Source of the DNA: a virus | IMG/VR virus record: IMGVR_UViG_3300034104_003304 | Coordinates: 1-64,000 of that record | DNA: 64,000 nucleotides | Direction: 5' to 3' (one strand) | Shown here: piece after piece, positions 1 to 10,174 of the stretch | How the letters are laid out: the number at the start of each line of letters is the position of its first letter | Numbering within the stretch: position 1 is the first letter of the stretch | Program-made: the position numbers and the translations under genes | The notes under the pieces: model-generated | What the model saw: the letters and a program-made list of their open reading frames with translations, nothing else | Database searches by the model: none | Told to the model about the DNA's origin: nothing

Positions 1-100
1 GGTGCTAGTTGTGGTGCTAGTTGTGGTGCTAGTTGTGGTGCTAGTTGTGGTGCTAGTTGTGGTGCTAGTTGTGGTGCTAGTTGTGGTGCTAGTTGTGGTT
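1..100 (-). repeat. 12-bp coding tandem repeat (ggtgctagttgt)n encoding TTST
   Basis: About 8 tandem copies visible at the window start. Confidence 0.9.
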
Positions 101-2046
101 GGTGGTGGTGGCGGCGGCTCACAGTCTGGATAACTACACTTAAGATAATATACTCCACTATGATTAATTGGATCATATTCAAACGGATGCGCTATACTGC
201 CATCTCCAGAAACTATTCCAGAATTTGGATTTACAATGTCTGCTATGTAATGATTTTGTATAAGCCATCGACCAACAGTATCTATCAAGCCATAGCTTGG
301 ATTTTGTGGATCATCTCCACTTTCATATATTAAAAATGTTGCCTGTTCTTGTCCGCTGGGATAATGTAGTGGATATGGAACAAGAAAATCTCCCCCGGCA
401 TTATCGTAAGCAAGCGTTGGAGTGCTAAATACTCCTCCAGAAATTCTAATATGTGAATACCCGTGTGTGGCTAGTGGATCTGTAAATATTGTAACATAGA
501 GCGGATAATCTCCACTGCTTCTTAAAGACAATCGATTTTGAGCATTTGTGCAATCGTTAGTTATAGCTTGATAAGAATAATTGTATATAGATTTGTCTTC
601 TCCGATCCAGTCCAATATAGTATTAAGTACTAATATTCCACTATACGGAATAAATTCAAAATCGAATGGTAAAACGCTGTATGTGTCCAAATAATTTGAT
701 GAGCATAAAATGGGGGCGACCGTGGTGGTTGTTGAGCTTGTAGTAGTTGTGGTACTAGTAGTACTGGTGCCAGTTGTTGTGGTACTGGTAGTGGTCGAAG
801 TTGAGGTGCTTGTTGTAGTACTAGTTGTGGCTGTAGTACTAGTTGTGGCTGTAGTACTAGTTGTGGCTGTAGTACTAGTTGTGGCTGTAGTACTAGTTGT
901 GGTCGTGGTGCTAGTTATAAGTGGTGCATTCGGACCATCGCCAATACTATTAGCAAAAATTGGCGTTGGCGGGGTATCACTCTGCGTAGCATATAGCCAA
1001 TATCCAGCATTTGTGCCGCCACCTTTATAGTATGCAGCTTTATACCATTCATTTTCTGTAGGTATATGATATTTAGCTCCAGCATTTCTAGCTACCGCAT
1101 TTAGCATTTCGCCATTTAAAGTATATGCTCCGTCTTCAGTTGTGCCGCTATTTTGATTACCGATTGGCTTGCCGTTATGTATCCAGTTAGAATAACGAGC
1201 GGCATCAAACCAATTAATCCAATTCACAGGTTTATTTCCATAATTTGTTTCGACAAAATATGAAAAATTACCATTGGTTCCAGATCGATTTATTCCGCGT
1301 CCATTTGTACCCATATTAATGTCATACAATCCGTATGAGTCTAGTTTCGCTACGGCATTTAAAAACTCTGCATACTCGCTGTTGGTTACTTCATATTTTC
1401 CTATAGTATATACATAAGAAACACTACCCTTGCCAAGGCTCCCAGCAATATCAGCATTATTGTTAACATCTCCAACGACAACAAAGTTGGAAAGATTTGA
1501 GGGATTAAGACTAGAATATGATGATGCTAAACGAAAACCTAAGTTATTACTAGTACCATGCGCAGAAAATCTAATAGCAACCGCAGAAGATAGATAAGCC
1601 ACCTCGTTGATATTAAATGCGCCGCCACGGTATTGACGCACCGAGCCAGATGTTCCATCTAAGTCATTAATTTCTAGCGAATTTCCAGATTGATCGTAAG
1701 TACCATAAGCACTAGGACCACCGTTAGTTCCAACAGTAGTATTAGCGGAAAGATTACTAAAATTAGCAGTATTAGTACCAGCAGAAAATGGTACTTGAGG
1801 AGCGACTGTCGTAGTTGTACAATTTCTCCTATCAACACTAAAACTTCTGGAGATTGGAGTAACCGTATTTGGTAAATTTTCTAAATTAATAGTAGCATTG
1901 TATATTCTTGGCGACGTACCTATATCATTTCTAAAATATAGTTGTTTATTGCTAATAATAAAATATGCAGCATCCGCACCACGTAATCTTAAAACGTAGT
2001 TGCCGCAACCATCATCTGATATAAATATGTCTGCTATTTTAATCAT
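1..2046 (-). CDS. Thr-rich repeat virion/surface protein with a circularly permuted FGE-sulfatase (SUMF1/C-type-lectin fold) domain; 3' end runs off the window
   Basis: Not in ORF track (no stop in window). Manual translation from ATG at 2046 gives SAYGTYDQSGN...RGG...GFRLAS, then VVVGD...IGKYEVTN...PVNWINWFDAARYSNW...IPTENEWYKAAYY, then TTST/TTATTS repeats. Confidence 0.8.
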   Translation of the reverse strand, partial: MIKIADIFISDDGCGNYVLRLRGADAAYFIISNKQLYFRNDIGTSPRIYNATINLENLPNTVTPISRSFSVDRRNCTTTTVAPQVPFSAGTNTANFSNLSANTTVGTNGGPSAYGTYDQSGNSLEINDLDGTSGSVRQYRGGAFNINEVAYLSSAVAIRFSAHGTSNNLGFRLASSYSSLNPSNLSNFVVVGDVNNNADIAGSLGKGSVSYVYTIGKYEVTNSEYAEFLNAVAKLDSYGLYDINMGTNGRGINRSGTNGNFSYFVETNYGNKPVNWINWFDAARYSNWIHNGKPIGNQNSGTTEDGAYTLNGEMLNAVARNAGAKYHIPTENEWYKAAYYKGGGTNAGYWLYATQSDTPPTPIFANSIGDGPNAPLITSTTTTTSTTATTSTTATTSTTATTSTTATTSTTTSTSTSTTTSTTTTGTSTTSTTTTTSSTTTTVAPILCSSNYLDTYSVLPFDFEFIPYSGILVLNTILDWIGEDKSIYNYSYQAITNDCTNAQNRLSLRSSGDYPLYVTIFTDPLATHGYSHIRISGGVFSTPTLAYDNAGGDFLVPYPLHYPSGQEQATFLIYESGDDPQNPSYGLIDTVGRWLIQNHYIADIVNPNSGIVSGDGSIAHPFEYDPINHSGVYYLKCSYPDCEPPPPPPTTTSTTTSTTTSTTTSTTTSTTTSTTTSTTTST

Positions 2047-2237
2047 AGTTTATTCTTGTGATCGGGTGAACCATGTGCGTAAACATCTACTAGCACTGAA
2101 TGTTGTATTATAGTCTGCTTGTATATAAATATTTTCATCAGCACTAATATCTATACATCGCGTGTAATTCTCGTTTTTTGATTTAATTTCATGTGTTTTC
2201 CTTATTTTAACTATCAAAAAGTGTAACAAACGTATGA

Positions 2238-3845
2238 TTATAGATCATATGGATTACTTGGATTTGGGATACTATTCCAAAGTTCTAAATGAACTCTGTC
2301 ACAATAGTCACCATCTTCTGTTGGCGAAAAATGTGTCATTAATTTTATGCAATCGTATGGACCTGAGCCATTATACCTGCCTAAGCCTTCGCTATTTAAA
2401 AATTCTTGACTAAAAGCAAATCTTACTGCCATATCGCCGCAGCAAATAATAACATATTGTTGCTCTGGAGATGTGGTATATTGTGTATCTGCATCCAGAA
2501 CTGAACATAATGCTCCATCATAATATGATGCGCAGTAATTAAGTGGGGCTAAAGTGTCTAGAGATTGAATTGATCCAGAACAGTTTATATCGCTTACCTC
2601 ACATCTATATAAAATATCTTGACATTCACAATCACCTTTATCAAATAAAACATTCCATAGTGGTGGATACTCGCAAGTTCCAGAAGCTATAATTGAACCC
2701 AAAGAAATAGATGCATTAGGACAAGTTGTGCTTATTGAAGCTGACCACCTAGAAGCATCTTGAATATCTGGGTCACAAGTAATAATACCCTTAACAATTC
2801 CTCCAGACAATGACTTTATCGCTGTATAAGAGTGGCCACTTGGATTATATATAAAGTTAGCTGCTGTGCTAATATTGGCGCATTCGGCTGTGATATCAAA
2901 AATTTTATGGATGCTTAAACCATCCCAAACTTCGCATGTTCCACACTCTTGAGGTGTGGTTGTGGTTGTAGTTGGTTCGGGAGTGGTCGTAGTCGGTTCG
3001 GGAGTGGTTGTAGTCGGTTCGGGAGTGGTTGTAGTCGGTTCGGGAGTGGTTGTAGTCGGTTCGGGAGTGGTTGTAGTCGGTTCGGGAGTGGTTGTTGTCG
3101 GTTCGGGAGTGGTTGTAGTCGGTTCGGGAGTGGTTGTTGTCGGTTCGGGAGTGGTCGTAGTCGGTGGCGCGGTCGTGGTTGGTGGCGCAGTCGTGGTTGG
3201 TGGCGCAGTCGTGGTTGGTGGCGCGGTCGTGGTTGGTGGCGCGGTCGTGGTTGGTGGCGCGGTCGTGGTTGGTGGCGCGGTCGTGGTTGGTGGCGCAGTC
3301 GTGGTTGTACAATTAATATTTCTTACGTTGTATAAATACATATTACTTGGTAATTTATCACAACACGTTGCTTCGCTATCGTCGCAGAGACTATAAATTT
3401 CTAATTGTAAAGTTTTTTCATTAAGATCAACAGTATTAAGTATATCTATCTCACTAAAAGTAAATGCAAAGTTATTATCAACAATTTCACTAGTTTGCAA
3501 CGCCGAATAATCACCAATAGCTCCGATTACTTTATTAACTAAAACCTGTCCAGTTTCTTTAACTCTAATAATTATCTGTATAGAGTTGACTATAGTGGGA
3601 CTAGTAACAGTGCTTGATCCAAGGTATACAATAATATTTTTGGCATACAGTGGAGCTTCATGATATATTCTTGGGGTTAATGTTAAAAATAATTGATTGG
3701 CACTAATTAAAACATCAACGTTATGTAACAGTGTGTCATCGTAGTATGAATCTTGAGTAACTACGCGAATACGTAGACCATTACTAGGTGAGTATCTATC
3801 ACCTTTTGGTAAGAATAGTTGTCCGCAATCACATGGATTTATCAT
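2238..3845 (-). CDS. Mucin-like Thr/Pro-rich, Cys-rich protein (TTTAPP/TTTTPEP repeats), probable virion surface protein
   Basis: 535-aa ORF with 18- and 21-bp coding tandem repeats at about 2950-3310; lies in structural block. Confidence 0.7.
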   Translation of the reverse strand: MINPCDCGQLFLPKGDRYSPSNGLRIRVVTQDSYYDDTLLHNVDVLISANQLFLTLTPRIYHEAPLYAKNIIVYLGSSTVTSPTIVNSIQIIIRVKETGQVLVNKVIGAIGDYSALQTSEIVDNNFAFTFSEIDILNTVDLNEKTLQLEIYSLCDDSEATCCDKLPSNMYLYNVRNINCTTTTAPPTTTAPPTTTAPPTTTAPPTTTAPPTTTAPPTTTAPPTTTAPPTTTTPEPTTTTPEPTTTTPEPTTTTPEPTTTTPEPTTTTPEPTTTTPEPTTTTPEPTTTTPEPTTTTTTPQECGTCEVWDGLSIHKIFDITAECANISTAANFIYNPSGHSYTAIKSLSGGIVKGIITCDPDIQDASRWSASISTTCPNASISLGSIIASGTCEYPPLWNVLFDKGDCECQDILYRCEVSDINCSGSIQSLDTLAPLNYCASYYDGALCSVLDADTQYTTSPEQQYVIICCGDMAVRFAFSQEFLNSEGLGRYNGSGPYDCIKLMTHFSPTEDGDYCDRVHLELWNSIPNPSNPYDL

Positions 3846-3856
3846 TATTATTTTAT

Positions 3857-6115
3857 TTAGGATAATGCTTCTATTTTTATTGAGCGCTGACCATCAGTAA
3901 CGTCGGATAAATTCTCTATTGCTGGGCTGTTATATATACCATTTCTTTGTCCAGTAGTAACTGATACAGATTTACCTCCCGATATTGTGCCTTGATCAAA
4001 ATATTCTCTTGTTGCTGTATACTCAGTCATATTATACCAAAAAGTTTTGTCATATCCATAATCAGGACTATCTCCCTGAGGATAATTAGTGGCAACCTCC
4101 CCAGTAAGAGTAGCAAAAGAATAAGAAGAGGCGAAAAATACTTTTTGTTCTTGAGTCGGACTTAGCTCTAAATTATAGTTTGGCTCTGACACAACTCTAT
4201 GCACCAATACTGGAATAGTTCCATTAAAGCTTGATACGGTAGTAGGACCCCATTCTGGATCTCCGTTAGGATCTGTTTCTGTAATCGACACATTCCAAGC
4301 AGCAACTCCCCCACCTACTCCATAATAAGCATTACTTCTTGAGTAAAAAGGACTAGAATATCCATTACCAATATCTCTAGATACAGTAATACTCATAGTG
4401 GGAGAGAGTGCTTTGTACCAAGTTCCTCCATCATAAGAATTACTATAGTTTGAACTATTAAACTCCACAGTCATATTCAAACTTGAACTCACATTTCCGG
4501 CAACAGTAACCCTTATAGACTTTGACCATGCCCCGTTACCATTTAGACCAGAGCCAGAGTACGAATCATCAAAATAGGGTTTAAGCATTGTTGTAAAAAT
4601 ACAATCACCAGGAGTAACAGAACAAGGAACAATAGCCGGGGAACTGGTTGTTGTGGTGGGGGTTGGTGTGGTTGGTGCGGCAGTTGTTGGTGGCGATGTG
4701 GTGGCTTGGTCGCACACCCATCCCGGTGGGACACAAAGGCCATTACAAAGACTCCATCCACATGGGCAGCATAGTGGATCTCCAAGAGCACTTGTGCCAA
4801 CTTCGCAATAATCAATCATTCCACATGGCTGCGGTTCGGTTGTTGGATCTGGAGTGGTTGGGGGCGATGTTGTTGGTGGAGCCGTTGTTGGCGCAGCGGT
4901 TGTTGGCGCAGCGGTTGTTGGCGCAGCAGTTGTTGGTGGCGACGTAGTGGTTGGCTGCGAAGTCGTAGTTGTTGTACATATTCCACCGCAGTCTAAGCTT
5001 GAATATAAGCCAAAACTTTCACATGTTGTTCCGTATGGTTGAGTTCCCAAGTCTATTTGGCTACATCCCATAGACCCAACGCAATCATAACAAAATAGTG
5101 GAGGATTAGTTGTACTAGTAGTGCTAGTAGTGCTAGTAGTGCTAGTAGTGGTGGTAGTGCTAGTAGTGGTGGTAGTGGTGGTAGTGCTAGTAGTGGTGGT
5201 AGTGGTGGTAGTGCTAGTAGTGGTGGTAGTGGTGGTACTGGTTGTTGTGGTTGGTGGCGTAGTTGTTGTTGTTGTTGTTGTTGTTGTTGGCGGTATAGTC
5301 GTGGTTGGTGGCGTAGTCGTGGTTGGTTCTGACGTAGTAGTTGGTGGAGGAAGAGTAGTAGTTGGTGGGGGCGTTGTTGTGCATCCCGGTATGCAATCTT
5401 GGAAATTATCAATAAAATTGTTTTGCAAATCTTGCGTGATGGAACAGTAATCTAAACAATCTTGCTCTGAAGAAAATCCACTTACCTCGTTAGACATTTT
5501 TTGTTCACATGTTTTTATTAGAAACACTATTGGTGAACAACCCTCATTGCAATCATAAAAAGTGTTTTCTTGTGAAACACACTCCCAAACTGGATGAGAT
5601 GTTGTGGTTGTGCTTGTAGTCGTTGGGGGTGGAGTAGTCGTAGTAGTTGGTGGAATGGTAGTGGTGGTCGGCGGGAGAGTTGTAGTTGGTGGTGGAGTTG
5701 TAGTCGTTGTGGTGCAGGAAAGATTACAAAAACCACGATCTGGATAAACTGGAGTATCTAATTTGTCACCACATTCTGATAATGCGAGACAATCAATAAA
5801 ATTATCATAATATGGAATTCCGTTCATCTGATATTTTATTACAAAGATATTAGGAACTCCAATACAATAATTCCAATATGGTTCTAATGAAGAGTTCTCA
5901 CAACCATTTTCACAACTAAAATATTGTTCACCAAGCGTATTGTTAGTTATACATACCCATATTTTATTTGAACAAGATAAGCTGCTATTTGGAATAATAA
6001 TGCTATTAACGTCCTCGTCATTATTATATGGTTGAGGCGTGGTGGTTGTTGTTGATGTGATATATGTTATGTAAGGATACCCAACTGGCTTACATAGTGG
6101 ATTTGGTCGCCCCAT
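3857..6115 (-). CDS. Mucin-like Thr/Pro-rich protein with small Cys-rich domains, probable virion surface protein
   Basis: 752-aa ORF with long poly-Thr tracts alternating with Cys-rich modules. Confidence 0.7.
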   Translation of the reverse strand: MGRPNPLCKPVGYPYITYITSTTTTTPQPYNNDEDVNSIIIPNSSLSCSNKIWVCITNNTLGEQYFSCENGCENSSLEPYWNYCIGVPNIFVIKYQMNGIPYYDNFIDCLALSECGDKLDTPVYPDRGFCNLSCTTTTTTPPPTTTLPPTTTTIPPTTTTTPPPTTTSTTTTSHPVWECVSQENTFYDCNEGCSPIVFLIKTCEQKMSNEVSGFSSEQDCLDYCSITQDLQNNFIDNFQDCIPGCTTTPPPTTTLPPPTTTSEPTTTTPPTTTIPPTTTTTTTTTTPPTTTTSTTTTTTTSTTTTTTTTSTTTTTTTTSTTTTTSTTSTTSTTSTTNPPLFCYDCVGSMGCSQIDLGTQPYGTTCESFGLYSSLDCGGICTTTTTSQPTTTSPPTTAAPTTAAPTTAAPTTAPPTTSPPTTPDPTTEPQPCGMIDYCEVGTSALGDPLCCPCGWSLCNGLCVPPGWVCDQATTSPPTTAAPTTPTPTTTTSSPAIVPCSVTPGDCIFTTMLKPYFDDSYSGSGLNGNGAWSKSIRVTVAGNVSSSLNMTVEFNSSNYSNSYDGGTWYKALSPTMSITVSRDIGNGYSSPFYSRSNAYYGVGGGVAAWNVSITETDPNGDPEWGPTTVSSFNGTIPVLVHRVVSEPNYNLELSPTQEQKVFFASSYSFATLTGEVATNYPQGDSPDYGYDKTFWYNMTEYTATREYFDQGTISGGKSVSVTTGQRNGIYNSPAIENLSDVTDGQRSIKIEALS

Positions 6116-6130
6116 AAATATCCTCTTATC

Positions 6131-9100
6131 TTAAGACGTTGGGCAACAATCACACGTAGCTGCGCTTACCCATATTGGTCTATATTGACCGTTTACATAA
6201 ATAGCTACAACGTATGCTCCAGCTTGTACTTTAGACGAAGTATCTCTATTAGAAAGAAAAACCGTTCTTGTAGTATTCCAATTCCCATCTTTTAATATGA
6301 AGTTTCCAGATGTTGGAGAATTAATATTAGCTGGCGCTGGAATTTCATTAGGAACATATCCTTCGACTGTAAATTCATCAAGTCTAGTATTTAAATTTTC
6401 GATTCCACTATTGGCAACAACCATTCCAGATTCAAGAACTGATATATTATCTAAAAATGATGCTGAATCTAAAGATGTGGTATCACTAAATCTAATAGCT
6501 CCTCGTAGTTTTATATCTCCATTTAGTTGGGCAAATGGTCTTGTTGTAACTGGTGCTTCATAAGCTACCGAATTAGCCATTGGCGTAGCGTCATGACTTA
6601 ATACCAATAAATTAGCAGAACTGCTTCCAGTAAATCTAAATGTTAATGTATTATCTGGGTAGGTACTTCCACCGCGATCAATAACCTCAATGAAGTTTGG
6701 TTTGAATAGTATAGCTTCTGAATTTGTTACATTATTGATTGAAAATTGACCACCGCTGGGCATTTCCAAACGCTTGTCAGAGTTTGCTGGGCCAGATTTT
6801 CCTAAAAGTAATATATTTGAACTGCTGGATCCAACTATAAAATTGTGGTTGCCGGTTGCGGCATTGCCAACACCATTATTACCAATAATAATATTGTCGG
6901 TTGCTGAAATTAATCTTGGAGCTACGTTGTAGCCAATGATTATGTTTGCCGAACCCGTTGTTAACCCGCTAGCACAAAGACTACCAATAGTGGTATTATG
7001 GTCGCCATTTGTGATACTATATAAAGATTTATATCCTATAGAGGTATTATGTAATGCTGAAGCTAAATCAGTTCTCTTGTCTGGACATAAATATCCACCA
7101 AAAGTATTAGCATTAAGATCAGTATACAAGCCTCTAGCATCATATGAATCATATTTGTTAACAACTAAATCATGTATATTTCCACTAGAGTCTAATAAAT
7201 AAGCAGAATTAGCTTGATTATCTTGAAATTTTTGTTTAACAAATAATTTGCTATAGTTTATATAAGTAACTGGGTCACCAGAAGAAACGTGAAAACTCAC
7301 AACGGCATTTGGGAATACTCTATCCCCAATAGTAACCATATCATTTGCTAGGCCACTACCTGTGAATAAACCTATTCTATTATTCTCGTAAGTTCTAATA
7401 AAAGGAATCTTGCCAGAGCCTTTATACATACTCAGATCAGCAAATCCGCTAGCGCTGTAATATTGGAGTTCACATCCGTCCTGCAAACAATTGCTTGCCC
7501 CCAGTAATTGCAATGAAGAAGAAATATTTCCAACATTTTCTGCGGTTACTCTTACCACAGCATTTCCAGTTGATCTTATATTAAAGTGAGCTTCTGGAAG
7601 AATATCTTCTACGGATGGTGAAAAATTATTAAGACATAAAATACCATCTGTGCTATTTTTCATTAACAACAATCCATTTTTCATGGATGATGCATTATCA
7701 TAAGATCCAATAATTAATCTATCGCTTAATACTCCAACAACATTGTTACTTGAGTCATCGATATATTTAATTTCAAAGCCACTTAGTTTATCTTTATTAT
7801 TATTACCAGTATCTTTAACTCGCTTCTTAGTTCCTGTTAAAAATCTTTGACCAACAGTTACTCCAGATTCTACGGCGGCAATATTAACAAAATAATTTGA
7901 AGATGAATCTCCAGAATTTGCTAAAAAGTTGACATTACCAATGCCAGCTAAATGCCCACTAGAGCTTGATGGGTTTGGTTCTAGAATATTTGTTCGCGAT
8001 ATATAAATACGCTCATCGTTGTTTAAATTAATACCATAACAACTTGACGGTGTGATAATATTAAGATGTTCATAACTTAAAATTCTATCAGTTTTAAGAT
8101 GTGTGCCAGAATTTAGATGCAAACTAATATTACTATTCCAAGAAGCTTGAGAATATTCATCGTCTAACTCTTGGCAAGTTTGAGAATCGTCTGGTGGTAA
8201 AAATGTGAATTTATAATCTCTTTGATAACCAATTCCACTAGACTTTATTATTAAGCCAGCATCAATTAATTCTTCGTCTCCAAGATATCCACAGGGGTGA
8301 CCGTTTTGATTTTCTGGAACGAAATAATCTAATAGTCCAGACGCGCCACCGCCATCAAGAGAAGTTATAGAGCCGCTAGCAGCAAGGAATAATGTTTTAT
8401 TTACATACTCACAACTCTCAATTGTGGTATACTTATTTACTCTTGCTTCTCCGCTAACATAAATATTTTCAAAATGTCCTTCTAGCCAAGTTGAGCTTGC
8501 GTTACCTAGATTATAGGTTTTGTCTTGTGATGGTACTACGTTGCCGTCTAGTGTAATATTTGCATCTAACGATAGTCCATCTTCTGTTAATTCTAAAGAT
8601 GTATCATCTCCAAATTTTATACCACTGGATATATAAACATGCCTAAACTTATAAGATGGGTGACCGAGGTTATATAAATCGTCTGATGATGGAGTGGTGT
8701 GCCCGGCTATCTGAAGTGTACCATATGGATTAATGCTATTTGTAGCAATTGCTAATCTTAAATTTAACAAATCGCCACGAACTAGTGGATTTAATCCAGA
8801 ACCAAGAGGATTATCACAAATATAGTCGCTGTCAATTGAATGAGAAGCTATAAATAGTTGGTAGTTGGTATCTCTTGTAACGTAATATCCCGCGCCGTGA
8901 CCAATAGCTATATTGAAGTTACCAATTTTATTATTGTTTAGGGTGAAATTACCCAAACCAATATTGGCAAATCCAGTTGTGTTCCCAGCTAGAGAGTGGA
9001 AACCTAAAGCGGCATTATCTTCACCAAAAAGATTACAACTAAGAGCGAATGAACCTATAGCGGTATTCTGTGAGCCTTGATAATTAGCTTTTAACGCACT

Positions 9101-9361
9101 ATACCCAAAAGCAGTATTATCAACACTGCTATATCCATCTAGATTTAATTTCTCAAGCGTTAAAGATCCAGCTTTAGTTGTTCTAGTTTCTGGAGTTGCA
9201 AAATTTAATGCGTCGAGATTTTGATTGCCTGTTAATAAATGTACCGAATCTATTATATCTAATAAGTTATGACGAACATCGTATGGGGAAATTTGGCCGG
9301 TAGAGTTATCAGATATTTCATTCAGTATATTCTCAACAAGATTATTCTTGTTTAAGATCAT
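6131..9361 (-). CDS. Fibre/adhesin-like structural protein
   Basis: 1076 aa; NTAFG/NTAIG/NIAIG beta-roll-like repeats and 'YNLG...W' motifs typical of phage fibres. Confidence 0.6.
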   Translation of the reverse strand: MILNKNNLVENILNEISDNSTGQISPYDVRHNLLDIIDSVHLLTGNQNLDALNFATPETRTTKAGSLTLEKLNLDGYSSVDNTAFGYSALKANYQGSQNTAIGSFALSCNLFGEDNAALGFHSLAGNTTGFANIGLGNFTLNNNKIGNFNIAIGHGAGYYVTRDTNYQLFIASHSIDSDYICDNPLGSGLNPLVRGDLLNLRLAIATNSINPYGTLQIAGHTTPSSDDLYNLGHPSYKFRHVYISSGIKFGDDTSLELTEDGLSLDANITLDGNVVPSQDKTYNLGNASSTWLEGHFENIYVSGEARVNKYTTIESCEYVNKTLFLAASGSITSLDGGGASGLLDYFVPENQNGHPCGYLGDEELIDAGLIIKSSGIGYQRDYKFTFLPPDDSQTCQELDDEYSQASWNSNISLHLNSGTHLKTDRILSYEHLNIITPSSCYGINLNNDERIYISRTNILEPNPSSSSGHLAGIGNVNFLANSGDSSSNYFVNIAAVESGVTVGQRFLTGTKKRVKDTGNNNKDKLSGFEIKYIDDSSNNVVGVLSDRLIIGSYDNASSMKNGLLLMKNSTDGILCLNNFSPSVEDILPEAHFNIRSTGNAVVRVTAENVGNISSSLQLLGASNCLQDGCELQYYSASGFADLSMYKGSGKIPFIRTYENNRIGLFTGSGLANDMVTIGDRVFPNAVVSFHVSSGDPVTYINYSKLFVKQKFQDNQANSAYLLDSSGNIHDLVVNKYDSYDARGLYTDLNANTFGGYLCPDKRTDLASALHNTSIGYKSLYSITNGDHNTTIGSLCASGLTTGSANIIIGYNVAPRLISATDNIIIGNNGVGNAATGNHNFIVGSSSSNILLLGKSGPANSDKRLEMPSGGQFSINNVTNSEAILFKPNFIEVIDRGGSTYPDNTLTFRFTGSSSANLLVLSHDATPMANSVAYEAPVTTRPFAQLNGDIKLRGAIRFSDTTSLDSASFLDNISVLESGMVVANSGIENLNTRLDEFTVEGYVPNEIPAPANINSPTSGNFILKDGNWNTTRTVFLSNRDTSSKVQAGAYVVAIYVNGQYRPIWVSAATCDCCPTS

Positions 9362-9376
9362 GTTGAAAACCTTTTA

Positions 9377-10060
9377 TTATTTAAGGCTGATTTCTAGTGA
9401 GTTTGTATCAAATTTGATATTGTCTCCAGCATAAACATATCGTGGATTTTCTAATTCAGCATACATTAATAAATTTCCAGAACCATAGTTTGATGTATCA
9501 ACTATAGCAACACCAGAAACCCATCCCCAATCTGTAAAAGCGGTATTGAATACTAACTGACTTGAGTTTTTAATAAAACCATTACCTTCATACATTGTGT
9601 AACCGGGATTTGATGCGACTCCGCTTTGCTGTAGTGTTACTGGGGCGTATAGTGTCACGTTTGGAAATTCTCTAAATCTATATGACTGTGACGCTCCATC
9701 AGTATCAGCAGCATTGGCGGCTGTTCTGTTTAAATAAAGTGGATAATAATAACCTAGCAATCCAGATGTTACACCGGAGCTACTAGTGCCAGAAACGGCA
9801 TAAACAGTTGTATCGTCAACGCCAACGTTATTCCAAATAGTATTACCGCTAGCTAAAGGGCTAAATAAAGTTAATCTTCTGTAATTTGTTGTGCCTATTG
9901 GCGATCCAGAGGGTAGTTCTGGAATAGTAGCTCCGCTGTCGGAATCTAACGGAACTCCACTGGTCAGGGCGATAGCAATTTCAGATGGTTTAGCAAATGA
10001 AGACCCTTTGAAAATGTGGGTCAAAAGACCAGATTCTAGATAATCAGATAATGCGGCCAT
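9377..10060 (-). CDS. Virion structural protein
   Basis: N-terminal MAALSDYLE and C-terminal WGWVSGVAIVD...GNLLMYAEL resemble tail/fibre-associated proteins; follows capsid gene. Confidence 0.6.
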   Translation of the reverse strand: MAALSDYLESGLLTHIFKGSSFAKPSEIAIALTSGVPLDSDSGATIPELPSGSPIGTTNYRRLTLFSPLASGNTIWNNVGVDDTTVYAVSGTSSSGVTSGLLGYYYPLYLNRTAANAADTDGASQSYRFREFPNVTLYAPVTLQQSGVASNPGYTMYEGNGFIKNSSQLVFNTAFTDWGWVSGVAIVDTSNYGSGNLLMYAELENPRYVYAGDNIKFDTNSLEISLK

Positions 10061-10106
10061 ATTTATCTCCTATTAAGTCCTATCATACGATATCTAATGT
10101 TTTATA

Positions 10107-10149
10107 CACGGAAAAAGCCACCCCCAAGCAAATGAGGATGGCTTCCGTG
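10107..10149 (-). terminator. Stem-loop after major capsid gene
   Basis: cacggaaaaagcca...tggcttccgtg inverted repeat downstream of the MCP stop. Confidence 0.5.
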
Positions 10150-10174
10150 TTAACTAAATTACTTGATTTCTAGA

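Noticed and set aside
1500-1680. DGR variable region in the FGE domain
   Set aside because: No reverse transcriptase and no adenine-variant template repeat seen in this window; one could lie outside it.
710-5736. Poly-Val, GSGCSRF and NHD-repeat ORFs in the track
   Set aside because: They are antisense or alternate-frame shadows of the Thr-rich coding repeats.
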